Part shown: in pieces, positions 40,646 through 50,860 of the stretch
Layout: each line of letters begins with the position of its first letter
Position numbering within the stretch: the stretch's first letter is position 1
Origin: Snowella sp.
Lineage (GTDB): Bacteria > Cyanobacteriota > Cyanobacteriia > Cyanobacteriales > Microcystaceae
Length of the DNA stretch: 64,000 bases
Direction: 5' to 3'
NCBI GenBank assembly: GCA_035285545.1
Contig: JAYKGY010000019.1
Coordinates: 1 to 64,000, forward strand
Made by a program: the position numbers and the translations under genes
Notes under the pieces: generated by a model
What the model saw: only the letters and a program-made list of their open reading frames with translations
Databases searched by the model: none
Told to the model about the DNA's origin: nothing

Positions 40646-41638
40646 CTAAGCTTTGGTGGGTTGATAGTATTCATGACTCAGGAAAGGGACAGAAACAACT
40701 TCGCCCGATGCTTCTCCCACTTGCACGGTTAAACCTTCTCCCCCTGCTTTGGTGCGGATATAACCTAGCCCAAAAAGGGTTTCAAGATCGGTAAAACTCG
40801 TTAAAATGCCCACTTTTTCGCCTTCAAGCATGATTGGAGTACCCACTTCAGCTATTTGATTTAAACGAATGCCCCAGAGCCGTTGTTTCACGCCTTTATA
40901 GGTATTCAGCCGTGCGATGGTTTCTTGGCCAATGTAACAGCCTTTCTCAAAGGAAATGGCCTTCCACAAACCCGCTTCTAGGGGGTTATAATCCTCGGTT
41001 AATTCCTGATCGGGCATTGGTCTACCTTGGGTAATGCGGAGATGTTCCCAAAGGCGATCGCTGATGGCCAAAGCACCATCGTTTAATAATTGAGTTTGAA
41101 TCGTTGTCAGATGATCAACCGGAACGATTAAAGTATAGCCAGGTAACCCTAAATCATTTCCGTTGGCTAAATAACAAGGAATATTATGAATCAAAACTTC
41201 AGTGTGTTGGTTTGCTTCAGATCGCGTTAAGCCTAATTTTTGTAAATAAATTTCACTAGCTTTTCCTAACAAAGTAATTTTGATATATTGCTCAGATAGA
41301 TCGCCTAATTCCACCTTATCCATCGGAAAAATAAAGCGATCCATCCAGTTAAATAAAAACTGACGACGATTGGGAGAAACCGTAATCCAAATGGCATCTT
41401 CTACCAGATAGGCTGTAACTAAATCGAGGGTTCTTCCTGTTGAATTCACAAACACAGTCTGGCAATTTTGACCAGCTTTTAATCCATTAAGATTATTGGT
41501 GGTTTGATTATGTAAAAAACGGGTTCTATCATTGCCTTTGAGTTGTAATATTCCGCCTGATAAATGGGGATAAAACAATATTTTTTCTTCAAGTTTTTTT
41601 AATAGGGCCAACTCGTCAGTGACAATTTCTGATATCAT
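40646..41638 (-). CDS. ygfZ: Folate-binding protein YgfZ (GcvT-like)
   Basis: KGCYIGQETIARL signature and FLHNQTTN. Confidence 0.9.
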   Translation of the reverse strand: MISEIVTDELALLKKLEEKILFYPHLSGGILQLKGNDRTRFLHNQTTNNLNGLKAGQNCQTVFVNSTGRTLDLVTAYLVEDAIWITVSPNRRQFLFNWMDRFIFPMDKVELGDLSEQYIKITLLGKASEIYLQKLGLTRSEANQHTEVLIHNIPCYLANGNDLGLPGYTLIVPVDHLTTIQTQLLNDGALAISDRLWEHLRITQGRPMPDQELTEDYNPLEAGLWKAISFEKGCYIGQETIARLNTYKGVKQRLWGIRLNQIAEVGTPIMLEGEKVGILTSFTDLETLFGLGYIRTKAGGEGLTVQVGEASGEVVSVPFLSHEYYQPTKA

Positions 41639-41678
41639 TTTTTCATCCTCATTTTGTATTAAAAATCAATTTTAAGCA

Positions 41679-42092
41679 TTAAGAGACATTCGGCAAGTTC
41701 TGAAAAATAGTTTGAATCATGTTTTGAGTTTTGCTTTCTAGTTTTTGCCAATTAATCTCTCCATTTTCTTCAAATAAGCTCGTATCAATGCTGACTTCCT
41801 GCTGATGGTTATCCCTATCCGCATTAGCTTCTCCATCTTGATGAATTGGAGCCTGATAATCTAGAAAACACACTTGAAAGCACAAATCCCAAACCGCGAT
41901 CGCGAAGTGATGATCTTGATAGGTTAGCTGTAATTGATGGCCAGGGTAGGGCGTTTCAATGTCCTGATAGGTTCCTTTCCAAACCGATTCTTCTAATTGT
42001 TTACGAAGATTATCAATAACCCGAATTAAGGAAGGTTGCATTAATCGTTCCGCCTGTTCCCAATCGGTTGCATTTTTAAAAATGGGTATCAT
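41679..42092 (-). CDS. Conserved cyanobacterial hypothetical protein
   Basis: WEQAERLMQPSLIRVIDNLRKQLE...WDLCFQVCF; intact 137-aa ORF. Confidence 0.7.
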   Translation of the reverse strand: MIPIFKNATDWEQAERLMQPSLIRVIDNLRKQLEESVWKGTYQDIETPYPGHQLQLTYQDHHFAIAVWDLCFQVCFLDYQAPIHQDGEANADRDNHQQEVSIDTSLFEENGEINWQKLESKTQNMIQTIFQNLPNVS

Positions 42093-42328
42093 ATGCAGTG
42101 AGCAACATTAGTTTATTGCAGTTTTTGTGTTAAAAAATTTATAATCATAGCAATTTTGGTAGAAGGGAGTTATAGACAATCAGCATAAGCGCACTGTTAA
42201 AAAAATCACTGTATTTCCCTCTCTAAAAAAACGCTAGTTCCAAAACTTATTAAAGCTTAATTTTAACAATTTTGAGTGGAATTTACGCTTGATTTTACAA
42301 TATAAACTTAGCTATCATACCCTGTTTT

Positions 42329-43075
42329 TTGGTCTCAATGACAAATAAACCCTTTAATTTCTTTTCTGTTTGTAGCATAACGCTAATGCTTTCGGGGATT
42401 TTTACCACTATTTATCCGTTTAGAGCCAATAGTGAGTCAAAAGAACCAGCGATCGCGCCCGATCAAACCCAACTGACTGAAGATAAACTCGATCTGCCGC
42501 CTGAAATTCTCGAAAGTAGCCCCACCTTACAACGCTGGCAACAGGAAATTCCCGATTTAATCGAAGATATCAAGCATGATCCCAGTTTTCGCACTCGTAT
42601 CCGTTTGGGTTACAATCAATTTCCCTCCTCCAACAATCAAGGCGGTTTGGGTGTGGGCATCGAGGATCTTTTTATCGGTCAGTCGTCCTTAACCTTCAAT
42701 GCGAGCTATGAAACGTCTTTTCGCGATCGCCAATCTGTCGGAGCTAATTTAAATTATTACCTATTGCCATTAGGAGGTTATATCAACATTGCCCCAGTAG
42801 TAGGCTATCGCTATATACAAACCAATGATTACCATACCCAAGGCGTAAATGTCGGTGCAAAAATTATTCTCCCCCTATCGCGATCGGGAGCCGCTGACGT
42901 TAGTTTTACAGGTAGTTTTATTTCCCCAGGTAGTGATGATGAAGTCGGTATTTTCAATCTATCAGTAGGCTATGCCATCACAAACAACATTCGACTTTCA
43001 ACCGATTTACAACAACAAAATTCCCGTGCCCAAAAAGATAACCGAGTTGGAATCTATTTAGAATGGATGCCTTAA
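42329..43075 (+). CDS. Hypothetical secreted protein, probable outer-membrane beta-barrel
   Basis: Signal peptide, alternating beta-strand pattern, C-terminal aromatic residues (VGIYLEWMP). Confidence 0.65.
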   Translation: MVSMTNKPFNFFSVCSITLMLSGIFTTIYPFRANSESKEPAIAPDQTQLTEDKLDLPPEILESSPTLQRWQQEIPDLIEDIKHDPSFRTRIRLGYNQFPSSNNQGGLGVGIEDLFIGQSSLTFNASYETSFRDRQSVGANLNYYLLPLGGYINIAPVVGYRYIQTNDYHTQGVNVGAKIILPLSRSGAADVSFTGSFISPGSDDEVGIFNLSVGYAITNNIRLSTDLQQQNSRAQKDNRVGIYLEWMP

Positions 43076-43209
43076 AGCGATTAACATTTGCAACAACTTC
43101 ATTAAATCTACCCATTTATTAAGAATTCCAGAAGAGAAAGGCGGGTACCCCAAAAAAGCAAGGTAACCTAAAAGTGAAATAACCTTGCCAAGCAGCCAAA
43201 TTAGCAATT

Positions 43210-44631
43210 ATGACAAAACGAACCTTTGGTGTTATTGGGTTAGCCGTTATGGGAGAAAACCTAGCCCTGAACGTGGAAAGTCGGGGTTTTCCCATTGCCG
43301 TTTATAACCGCACCCCTGCCAAAACAGAAGAATTTATGGCCACCCGTGCCGTCGGCAAAGATGTCAAAGCGGCCTATAGCCTCGAAGAATTTGTACAAAC
43401 CCTAGAGCGTCCCCGCAAAATTCTCGTCATGGTAAAAGCGGGGTCGCCCGTTGATGCCGTCATTGAGCAATTGAAACCCTTGCTCGAAGAAGGCGACATG
43501 ATCATTGATGGCGGAAACTCCCTCTATGAAGACACCGAACGCCGTACTAAAGACCTCGAATCTACCGGCTTAGGCTTTGTGGGAATGGGAGTCAGTGGTG
43601 GTGAAGAAGGCGCGCTCAAAGGCCCTAGTTTAATGCCAGGCGGAACCCCAGCCGCTTATCACGAACTAGAACCGATTCTGACTAAAATTGCGGCTCAAGT
43701 GGATGATGGCCCCTGCGTTACCTTCATCGGGCCAGGTGGTGCGGGTCACTACGTCAAAATGGTGCATAACGGCATTGAATACGGTGATATGCAATTAATT
43801 GCCGAAGCCTATGATGTCCTTAAAAATGGTTTAGGGCTGAGCAACGAAAAGCTCCACTCGGTCTTTTCGGAATGGAATACAACTGATGAGTTAAATTCTT
43901 TCTTAATTGAAATTACTGCCGATATCTTTAGTTACGTTGACCCCGAAACCCAAAAACATTTAATTGATCTAATTTTGGATTCGGCAGGGCAAAAAGGCAC
44001 GGGACGGTGGACAATTGTAAGTTCCTTAGAATTGGGCGTACCGATCCCGACTATGTATGCCGCCGTCAATGCGCGGGTGATGTCTTCTTATAAAGAAGAA
44101 CGGGTTGCAGCGTCTAAAGCCTTAACGGGGCCAACGGGAACCTATACCGGCGATGTGGAAGCCTTTATCCCCAAAGTTAGGGATGCGCTGTATTGCTCTA
44201 AAATGTGCTCCTATGCTCAAGGAATGGCTCTGATTGCTAAAGCGTCCCAAGAGTTTAACTATAATATTAACTTGCCTGAAGTTTCCCGCATTTGGAAAGG
44301 CGGTTGTATTATTCGGGCTGGTTTCCTTGACAAAATCAAAAAGGCTTTTAATGACAATCCTGCCTTACCGAATCTCTTACTGGCTCCTGAATTTAAACAA
44401 AGTATTTTGGATCGTCAGTCGGCCTGGCGAGAAGTGTTAATCCTAGCCAATGAGTTAGGCATTCCCGTTCCTGCTTTTAGTGCCTCGTTAGATTATTTCG
44501 ATAGTTACCGTCGAGCCAGTCTTCCCCAAAATCTGACCCAAGCCCAACGGGATTATTTTGGGGCGCACACTTACGAACGGGTCGATAAACCGCGTGGAGA
44601 ATTTTTCCATACGGAATGGATGCAACCCTAA
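43210..44631 (+). CDS. gnd: 6-phosphogluconate dehydrogenase (NADP+, decarboxylating)
   Basis: GLAVMG, YVKMVHNGIEYGDMQ, QKGTG, WKGGCIIR, QAQRDYFGAHTY motifs. Confidence 0.97.
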   Translation: MTKRTFGVIGLAVMGENLALNVESRGFPIAVYNRTPAKTEEFMATRAVGKDVKAAYSLEEFVQTLERPRKILVMVKAGSPVDAVIEQLKPLLEEGDMIIDGGNSLYEDTERRTKDLESTGLGFVGMGVSGGEEGALKGPSLMPGGTPAAYHELEPILTKIAAQVDDGPCVTFIGPGGAGHYVKMVHNGIEYGDMQLIAEAYDVLKNGLGLSNEKLHSVFSEWNTTDELNSFLIEITADIFSYVDPETQKHLIDLILDSAGQKGTGRWTIVSSLELGVPIPTMYAAVNARVMSSYKEERVAASKALTGPTGTYTGDVEAFIPKVRDALYCSKMCSYAQGMALIAKASQEFNYNINLPEVSRIWKGGCIIRAGFLDKIKKAFNDNPALPNLLLAPEFKQSILDRQSAWREVLILANELGIPVPAFSASLDYFDSYRRASLPQNLTQAQRDYFGAHTYERVDKPRGEFFHTEWMQP

Positions 44632-44666
44632 ATTTTTAGCAAATATTTCATTCAAGTCATTTAAAC

Positions 44667-44690
44667 AAGGTGGGTTAACTCACCTTTTTT
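44667..44690 (+). terminator. Intrinsic terminator after gnd
   Basis: AAGGTGGG-TTAA-CTCACCTT-TTTT. Confidence 0.7.
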
Positions 44691-44797
44691 GTTTGTAACC
44701 CTTGATAGTTATTTGCATTTTCTGAATCTAGCCCAATTAAAAAAACTCGCCAAAGTTTAGGAAAACCTCGACGAGTAATTTATACACTTAAATGAGT

Positions 44798-46654
44798 TTA
44801 GAAGAGGAAGGTTGTCCGTAATACCCCAACCCAGATCGCTGAGTTATTACCGTTGCCTTCGGGGTTAAGAACCACATAGAAACCAGGTGTTAACACAATA
44901 TTTTTGTTAACGGGGAACTTATATTGGGTTTCAATTAAGTAAGATGCATCTCGATCTTCATTAATCGGATCACCTTGATAGTTAGTAACGCTAACCGCTT
45001 GAGGGAGTAGACCACCACTGACGGATAGCACAGCACCCTCTTTTCCTAAATCAAGAACGGAAAGAGCAGCATTCCATGTCCAAAGATCAGCGCCCGCCCC
45101 ATTGCGTGCAAAGCCGGTTCTGTCTCGTCCGGTTGCCCAAGCAAAGGCATAGGCTCCTGTTGCAGACAGGTTAATATTGTCAGTGATTCTCCAGTTTCCA
45201 GAAAGACCGTAGCTATCCCGAACAGTCGGCGCACCAAAGAATGGATCACTGGCGACACGGCTACCCGTACTACTGGTAATGTTAACGGTTTGACGATTTG
45301 TATAATCGAAATCGGAATCACCACGGAAGTAAGAGTGCATGAAGGTGGCACCAATACCTAAATTTTTGGTAATTTTCCAATCTAACTGAGCACCTGTTGA
45401 GAATTCGCCATTAAATAAGCCGCTACCGTAGGTGGGATCTCCAGAGCGATCGCTATTGGCTAAATAGGCAATGGTGCTAGAGATCTCAGGGGTCCAGTTG
45501 AAGCGGAAAGCCGCCCCGGATCCTTCAGGCCCACGGAAGAGTAGGGGGTTGTAACGGGCAAAACGGGATAATGCGCCCGTATCACCACTGGCTAGGTAAG
45601 GATTGTAAAGATTGAAGACATCATCTATTGCTAGACCATACGCACCGACCCAGGCGGTCATGTTAGAGGCAATGGGTGTTCGATACCAAATCTTGCTAAC
45701 AAAGGCATCGTTATTGGGGCGAGAACCATCAAAGGATAAACGAGCATTATTCGTTCCAGTGGGGCCAGATAGGTTAGGAACGCTACCGACTTCAATCCGA
45801 GTTTTCAAAAGGTCTTTCCCGGTGAAGCTGGTATCAAAGTTTAAACGAACCCGATTGCTGAGGGTAATGGTTTCATCAACAGGAACCTTAGGACGAGCAG
45901 GGCCTGGTACTAAAGAAGTCTGAGAGGAGCTTAAACGTTGATTAGTACTAAAAGCATTTTGCTGCCGCCGGTCTAAGGCTTTATCTTCCCCGAACTGACC
46001 TGTTACCGCAAAAATACCAATAGCGTTTAACTTGGTGGTGGTTGAGAATTGATGATCTTCTAAATAGGAAATACGAGATTCTAAATTATCAACCCGTGTT
46101 CCTAAGGCTGCTAATTCTTGTTCAAACTGTTGGGCTAAGGCTCTAAGTTTATCAATATCTTCACGAATGACCGCAACGTTTTCTTGTAATAAACGTTCCA
46201 TCACGTTCATACAAGCATTTAAACCGGCTGCAAATTCCCAACGAGATAAAGCTCGATTTCCACGGAAAGTGCGGTCAGGATACCCAACAATACAGCCGTA
46301 GCGTTCGACTAGACTTCTCAGTGCTTCGTAAGCCCATTCGGTGGGTTGAACATCTCTAAGTTCAGAAACACTGGTTACTTGGGACATTCCACCTGTGTTG
46401 GTGGGGTCATTAAATCGTTTTAATTGTTGACGACGACGGGCTAAATCAAGTCCATCGGCTTGAGTCGCTAATTGGGGCATGGCTACCATAGCATCTGCTA
46501 CTGGCTCGGTAGCATTAGTGCTGGTTGCGACGGGTAAGCTTACGTTATTTTCGGGAGTTGTGTCGGGTGCGGCGATCGCGCCTTGGGCAACCAAACAGGA
46601 GGCTCCCAGTACCGCAGGCATTGCTTTTACAAGCTGCCAGAGTTGTTTTTTCAT
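44798..46654 (-). CDS. Cyanobacterial SLH-domain outer-membrane porin (OprB-like)
   Basis: QVTSVSELRDVQPTEWAYEALRSLVERYGCIVGYPD, QFSTTTKL and C-terminal GVLRTTFLF. Confidence 0.95.
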   Translation of the reverse strand: MKKQLWQLVKAMPAVLGASCLVAQGAIAAPDTTPENNVSLPVATSTNATEPVADAMVAMPQLATQADGLDLARRRQQLKRFNDPTNTGGMSQVTSVSELRDVQPTEWAYEALRSLVERYGCIVGYPDRTFRGNRALSRWEFAAGLNACMNVMERLLQENVAVIREDIDKLRALAQQFEQELAALGTRVDNLESRISYLEDHQFSTTTKLNAIGIFAVTGQFGEDKALDRRQQNAFSTNQRLSSSQTSLVPGPARPKVPVDETITLSNRVRLNFDTSFTGKDLLKTRIEVGSVPNLSGPTGTNNARLSFDGSRPNNDAFVSKIWYRTPIASNMTAWVGAYGLAIDDVFNLYNPYLASGDTGALSRFARYNPLLFRGPEGSGAAFRFNWTPEISSTIAYLANSDRSGDPTYGSGLFNGEFSTGAQLDWKITKNLGIGATFMHSYFRGDSDFDYTNRQTVNITSSTGSRVASDPFFGAPTVRDSYGLSGNWRITDNINLSATGAYAFAWATGRDRTGFARNGAGADLWTWNAALSVLDLGKEGAVLSVSGGLLPQAVSVTNYQGDPINEDRDASYLIETQYKFPVNKNIVLTPGFYVVLNPEGNGNNSAIWVGVLRTTFLF

Positions 46655-47064
46655 TTTTACTAGTCCTCACACCTAAAAACCATCAAATCAGACTGAACCA
46701 AACCCTAAATTCTAAATTAGAATCTAAAGCGTGATGCTTTACGTCAGACAACACGTCAGACAATCAGGATACTAAGTACAACTTTACTTAAAATAGAGAA
46801 GTAAATAGATCTAGAGACTATTATAGCCGTGGCTGGTAAAATTTCAAGATGACCAATGATACTGTCTGTTGAGCTTTTTTGTTATTTAGGGTTTTTAAAG
46901 ATAATTTTAGGGGCAGAAACCGTTAAGGGATTTCTAGCTACGCCGCTTGCAACACAATTGCCATCCCAATATAATGTCTGATCGTCTATCGATATTAAAT
47001 AAAAGTTTTCATGCGAGATCTTTTGATTAACGCTCAAATTCTTTCAATTTTTTCTAATAAGACT

Positions 47065-48144
47065 TTACGAAATAAAAGTTTCTAGACCATGATAATTTGC
47101 TTGAAAACTCATGAATAAATGAACACTGAGAATAATTTCCCACCATTTCTCAATGCTTGCATAATGGGTGAGACGAAAATCTTCCCAGCCGATTTCACAC
47201 AGGATTTGATAAGCACCGTACTCTAGCCAGTTTTGGATTTCCCCTAACGGAGAAATACGATTAATGAGGTTAGTAATGTCTCCGGTTTGATTGGTTTCCA
47301 AGTACCAGCTTTTGTTTAAAAAAGGGGTGTCAATAGCTTGTTTACTAATTTGATATAAGAAATTTTTTGAATTTGATAGGGAATTAAGAACGCGAATATA
47401 TCTCATTTCGGCAGAATAACGAGATAGCTTCTGTTCATAAAGTTGCCATTTCTCTTTGCGTTTTGCTGATTTCGTGATTGGATCAATTTGTTGCGGCGAT
47501 CGCTTAGCAAGTAAGTAAGTTACATTAAAAGAATCTAAATGATTTTGAAATTGGTTTTCTTCATCCGACAGATCATCCGCTAATATCAGATTGATGCGTA
47601 TGCCTAATTCTTGTAAATGGAACAATAGTTGATGGGCAAGTTGACATTTACGCTGATAGCGATCGCGGTCTTTTAAGCGAGATTGAGGTTTAAAAATTTC
47701 AAATCCCAACGCATAGGTAATCCCTTGGACAACAGCATAGACTTGTAGGGTGATTAGGCCATTCTCTATTTTTTGTAAATTATTGAAATATTGCCGTGTT
47801 GCATAATCCGTACTATGCCCTTTTTTGGGAATGCCCACTTCATTAATAATTAAGGTAACCGCGCGATCGCCGATCCAGAGTTTGGTTAGCCAGAGACGAA
47901 TGTTTCTAAGCAAAGCAACATCCCAAGCCGAATCCCGTAAAAAATGGTGCAGCCCTTGACTATTTTTTAACCCTAAATATTCAGATAAATTCGATAAGGT
48001 CTTCGCTTTCGGACAAGCAATTAATCCCAGGTGTAGTCCTTTAAAATGTTCAAACAGGCGGACATCTTCAAAAACGGGTCGATAAGCTTGGCAATAGTGA
48101 TCAATAAAGGGAACCGTTGATGCCGCCGATCTAGGCTTCGTCAT
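47065..48144 (-). CDS. IS701-family transposase-like protein, diverged, DDE triad altered
   Basis: FIDHYCQAY...DVRLFEHFKGLHLGL, QGLHHFL, KKGHSTDYATRQY, IENG, FKPQSRLK..D.Y..K, EYG, GWEDFRLTHYASIEKWWEII. The first Asp position reads IINEVG. Confidence 0.85.
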   Translation of the reverse strand: MTKPRSAASTVPFIDHYCQAYRPVFEDVRLFEHFKGLHLGLIACPKAKTLSNLSEYLGLKNSQGLHHFLRDSAWDVALLRNIRLWLTKLWIGDRAVTLIINEVGIPKKGHSTDYATRQYFNNLQKIENGLITLQVYAVVQGITYALGFEIFKPQSRLKDRDRYQRKCQLAHQLLFHLQELGIRINLILADDLSDEENQFQNHLDSFNVTYLLAKRSPQQIDPITKSAKRKEKWQLYEQKLSRYSAEMRYIRVLNSLSNSKNFLYQISKQAIDTPFLNKSWYLETNQTGDITNLINRISPLGEIQNWLEYGAYQILCEIGWEDFRLTHYASIEKWWEIILSVHLFMSFQANYHGLETFIS

Positions 48145-48274
48145 GGGATCTCTGCTGGATGATGGGAAGGGAAATTCTTACCCAAAAGAATAAACCCAAA
48201 ATGACAAAAAAGAAAAGGTATCATCGGTAACCATTCCAAAAGAGAATAGCAACCATAACAAAACAGGATAATGA

Positions 48275-48943
48275 TTAATGTCTTTGCCCCGTAACAATAT
48301 AGGAAACCCGTTGGGCAATATTGGTAGCATGATCGGCCATGCGCTCGATATGACGAATCACGAGAGCTAACAGCACAATAGGTTCGACAACGCCTTTGAT
48401 ATCCCGTTGAAAGGCCAGAATTTGATACAAACGTTCATAGGCTTCATCAATCGTATCATCGAGTATTTTGACCTTGGGCCCTGCATCGCGGTCTAGTTCC
48501 GTCAGCGCGACTAAACTGGTCGCTAACATTAACTGGGCATGGCGAGACATCACCGCAATATCGGCCATACAGGTATGGGGCGGATAACTAAATAATTTAA
48601 TGGCAATTTCGGATAAATCTTGAGCATAATCCCCAATTCTTTCTAAATCACGCACCAATTGCATAAAGGCACTCAGTAGTCGTAGATCCTGAGCAACCGG
48701 AGCCTGTAAGGTTAGAAAAGTCGAGCATTCCTGTTCAATTTGGCGATAGTATTGATCAATTTGCTGCTCAAGGGTAGGAATTTTTTGGGCTAGCTCTAAA
48801 TTTCTTTCAAACAAGGCTTGATGGCTCAGCCGAAAGGATTCTTCCACTAAGGCTCCCATCCGCAGAATATCCTGTTCTAAGCGTTTCAGCGATCGCTCGA
48901 AGTAAGTCCGCTCTCGATGATGAATTTGGCTTGATAAACTCAC
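48275..48943 (-). CDS. phoU: Phosphate signalling protein PhoU (SphU)
   Basis: QAPVAQDLR, DLERIGDYA and IERMADHATNIA motifs. Confidence 0.96.
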   Translation of the reverse strand: MSLSSQIHHRERTYFERSLKRLEQDILRMGALVEESFRLSHQALFERNLELAQKIPTLEQQIDQYYRQIEQECSTFLTLQAPVAQDLRLLSAFMQLVRDLERIGDYAQDLSEIAIKLFSYPPHTCMADIAVMSRHAQLMLATSLVALTELDRDAGPKVKILDDTIDEAYERLYQILAFQRDIKGVVEPIVLLALVIRHIERMADHATNIAQRVSYIVTGQRH

Positions 48944-49002
48944 GGCTTTTTAAAAAAGTATGTTATTAACAGCAATTCTAAACGAAAAATTTACAAATCA
49001 GC

Positions 49003-49021
49003 AGGTTAAATTCTGATTAAA
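49003..49021 (-). promoter_or_regulatory. Pho box (SphR site) upstream of phoU
   Basis: Minus strand TTTAATCA-GAA-TTTAACCT: two PyTTAAPyPy(T/A) units at 11-bp period. A TAGAAT -10-like hexamer follows at 48980-48975. Confidence 0.6.
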
Positions 49022-49125
49022 AAGAGAGAAAGAGATTAGCCTTCCTATTCAAGGCGATCATTAAAAATCCCGTTATAAAAATAGACTTAATAAAATGACA
49101 GTAACGCGCTCACAAAACAGTATTT

Positions 49126-50133
49126 ATGAATACCAAAAAAAATCCACAAAATAAATCCCTTCCTGCTCAGTTTGTGATCCGATTCGGAAAATGGGGATGG
49201 ACAACGGTTTGGCATCAAATGATGAAGCAATTAGCCCCTCGTAATCCTCAAGGCGAATACATCCGACCCCCCAGTGAATTTAGAAACTTTATCGGCTCAG
49301 CAGCAGAGAATCCCTATCAACCTGCATCGGGACGTTATCGGCTCTACGTGGGGATGGGATGTCCTTGGGCCCATCGGACGTTAGTAGTTAGAGCATTAAA
49401 AGGATTGGAGTCCGCGATCGCGGTTTCGATGGTGATTCCTTCGGGAGAATCTGGAATTTGGGTCTTTCCTGAAGCGGAAAAAGACTGCCAGACCTTACCA
49501 GAACTCTATCGACTTGCGAAACCCAATTATCGGGGGCGTTCAACGGTTCCGGTGTTGTGGGACGAGCAGAATCAAGCGATCGTCAATAACGAAAGTGCCG
49601 AAATTATCGTCATGTTAAATGCTTGTTTTAATGAATGGGCAGATCGACCCGATTTGGATCTGTATCCCGCCTCATTGAAAGAAAAAATCGATCAATGGAA
49701 CGAGAAGATTTATCACACTGTTAATAATGGGGTTTATCGCTGTGGCTTTGCTCAAACCCAAGCCGCCTATGAACAAGCCTGTCGAGAAGTCTTTGCAGCT
49801 TTTGATGAAATTGATCAGGTTTTAGAGCGCGATCGCTATCTTTGTGGAGAGCAAATTACCTTGGCTGATGTGCGATTATTTACGACCCTTTTTCGTTTTG
49901 ACTCGGTGTATTACAGCTTATTTAAATGCAATCTGCGTCGAGTTCAAGACTATGCTCATTTAGGAAACTATTTGCGGGATTTTTATCAGTTACCTGGGGT
50001 GGCAGAAACCTGCGATCTAGAACAAGTGAAACGGGATTATTATGGCAATTTATTTCCCCTCAATCCTGGGGGCATTATTCCCTTGGGGCCTGATCTATCT
50101 GGTTTTTTAGGCCCCAATCAACCCAACGCTTAA
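49126..50133 (+). CDS. Glutathionyl-hydroquinone reductase (YqjG/Xi-class GST)
   Basis: CPWAHR, TVPVLWD, IVNNESAEI, NNGVYRCGFA, NPGGIIPLGP motifs. Confidence 0.92.
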   Translation: MNTKKNPQNKSLPAQFVIRFGKWGWTTVWHQMMKQLAPRNPQGEYIRPPSEFRNFIGSAAENPYQPASGRYRLYVGMGCPWAHRTLVVRALKGLESAIAVSMVIPSGESGIWVFPEAEKDCQTLPELYRLAKPNYRGRSTVPVLWDEQNQAIVNNESAEIIVMLNACFNEWADRPDLDLYPASLKEKIDQWNEKIYHTVNNGVYRCGFAQTQAAYEQACREVFAAFDEIDQVLERDRYLCGEQITLADVRLFTTLFRFDSVYYSLFKCNLRRVQDYAHLGNYLRDFYQLPGVAETCDLEQVKRDYYGNLFPLNPGGIIPLGPDLSGFLGPNQPNA

Positions 50134-50750
50134 GGGCCTTCCATAAAAGCAACAACGGCGAAAACATAAAATAATAAACCCCCAATGACGGTAATTTGTC
50201 GCTCAGAAATCCGTCCTGCAATCATTTTTCCGCCAATGACTGCGATTAAGGCACAGATTGTATGGCCTAAAATGGCTCCTGTGGTTACTGCTAGCATCGA
50301 GTTAGAAGCTGCTAACGCTATGGTTGCAATTTGAGTGCGATCGCCCCATTCGGCAATAAAAGTCAAAATAAAACTTTCCAAAATAATGCCCCATTGCTTG
50401 GGATGTCGTTGGAGATTTTTTTCACTACTTTCAATGGCTTCTTTGGCTTCCTCCATTACCGCTTCTTCGGCATGATCGGACATTTTCCAAGCATCAATTA
50501 ATAATTTGGTGCCAAAAATCAAGAATAATCCAATTTCACCGTAAAAGACATAAATTTTGGGCAAAAAAGAAAAAACTTGCCCCATCAAAACCGATAACAG
50601 CGTCATGGCAGCTAAAGCAGCTACAACGCCGATAAATACCCAGCGTCGGGGATAACGCATCGATAAAATAACGGCAATGAAAAAGGTTTTATCCCCTAAT
50701 TCAGAAACCGTAATTAGTAACAAAGCCGCCGTAAACGCCGTTAAAAACAT
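50130..50750 (-). CDS. TMEM165/GDT1 (UPF0016) family Mn2+/Ca2+ transporter, Mnx-like
   Basis: Two signature motifs, SELGDKTF and AEWGDRTQ. Confidence 0.93.
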   Translation of the reverse strand: MFLTAFTAALLLITVSELGDKTFFIAVILSMRYPRRWVFIGVVAALAAMTLLSVLMGQVFSFLPKIYVFYGEIGLFLIFGTKLLIDAWKMSDHAEEAVMEEAKEAIESSEKNLQRHPKQWGIILESFILTFIAEWGDRTQIATIALAASNSMLAVTTGAILGHTICALIAVIGGKMIAGRISERQITVIGGLLFYVFAVVAFMEGP

Positions 50751-50860
50751 TTGCTCAAACTCCTTCAGATGATGATGTAGGGGTTTCTGAGGTGAGCTTG
50801 AGGGATGAACAAAGACACTCCACTTAAGCCCATCTCAAAATTACCTAGATGGAACAAAAG

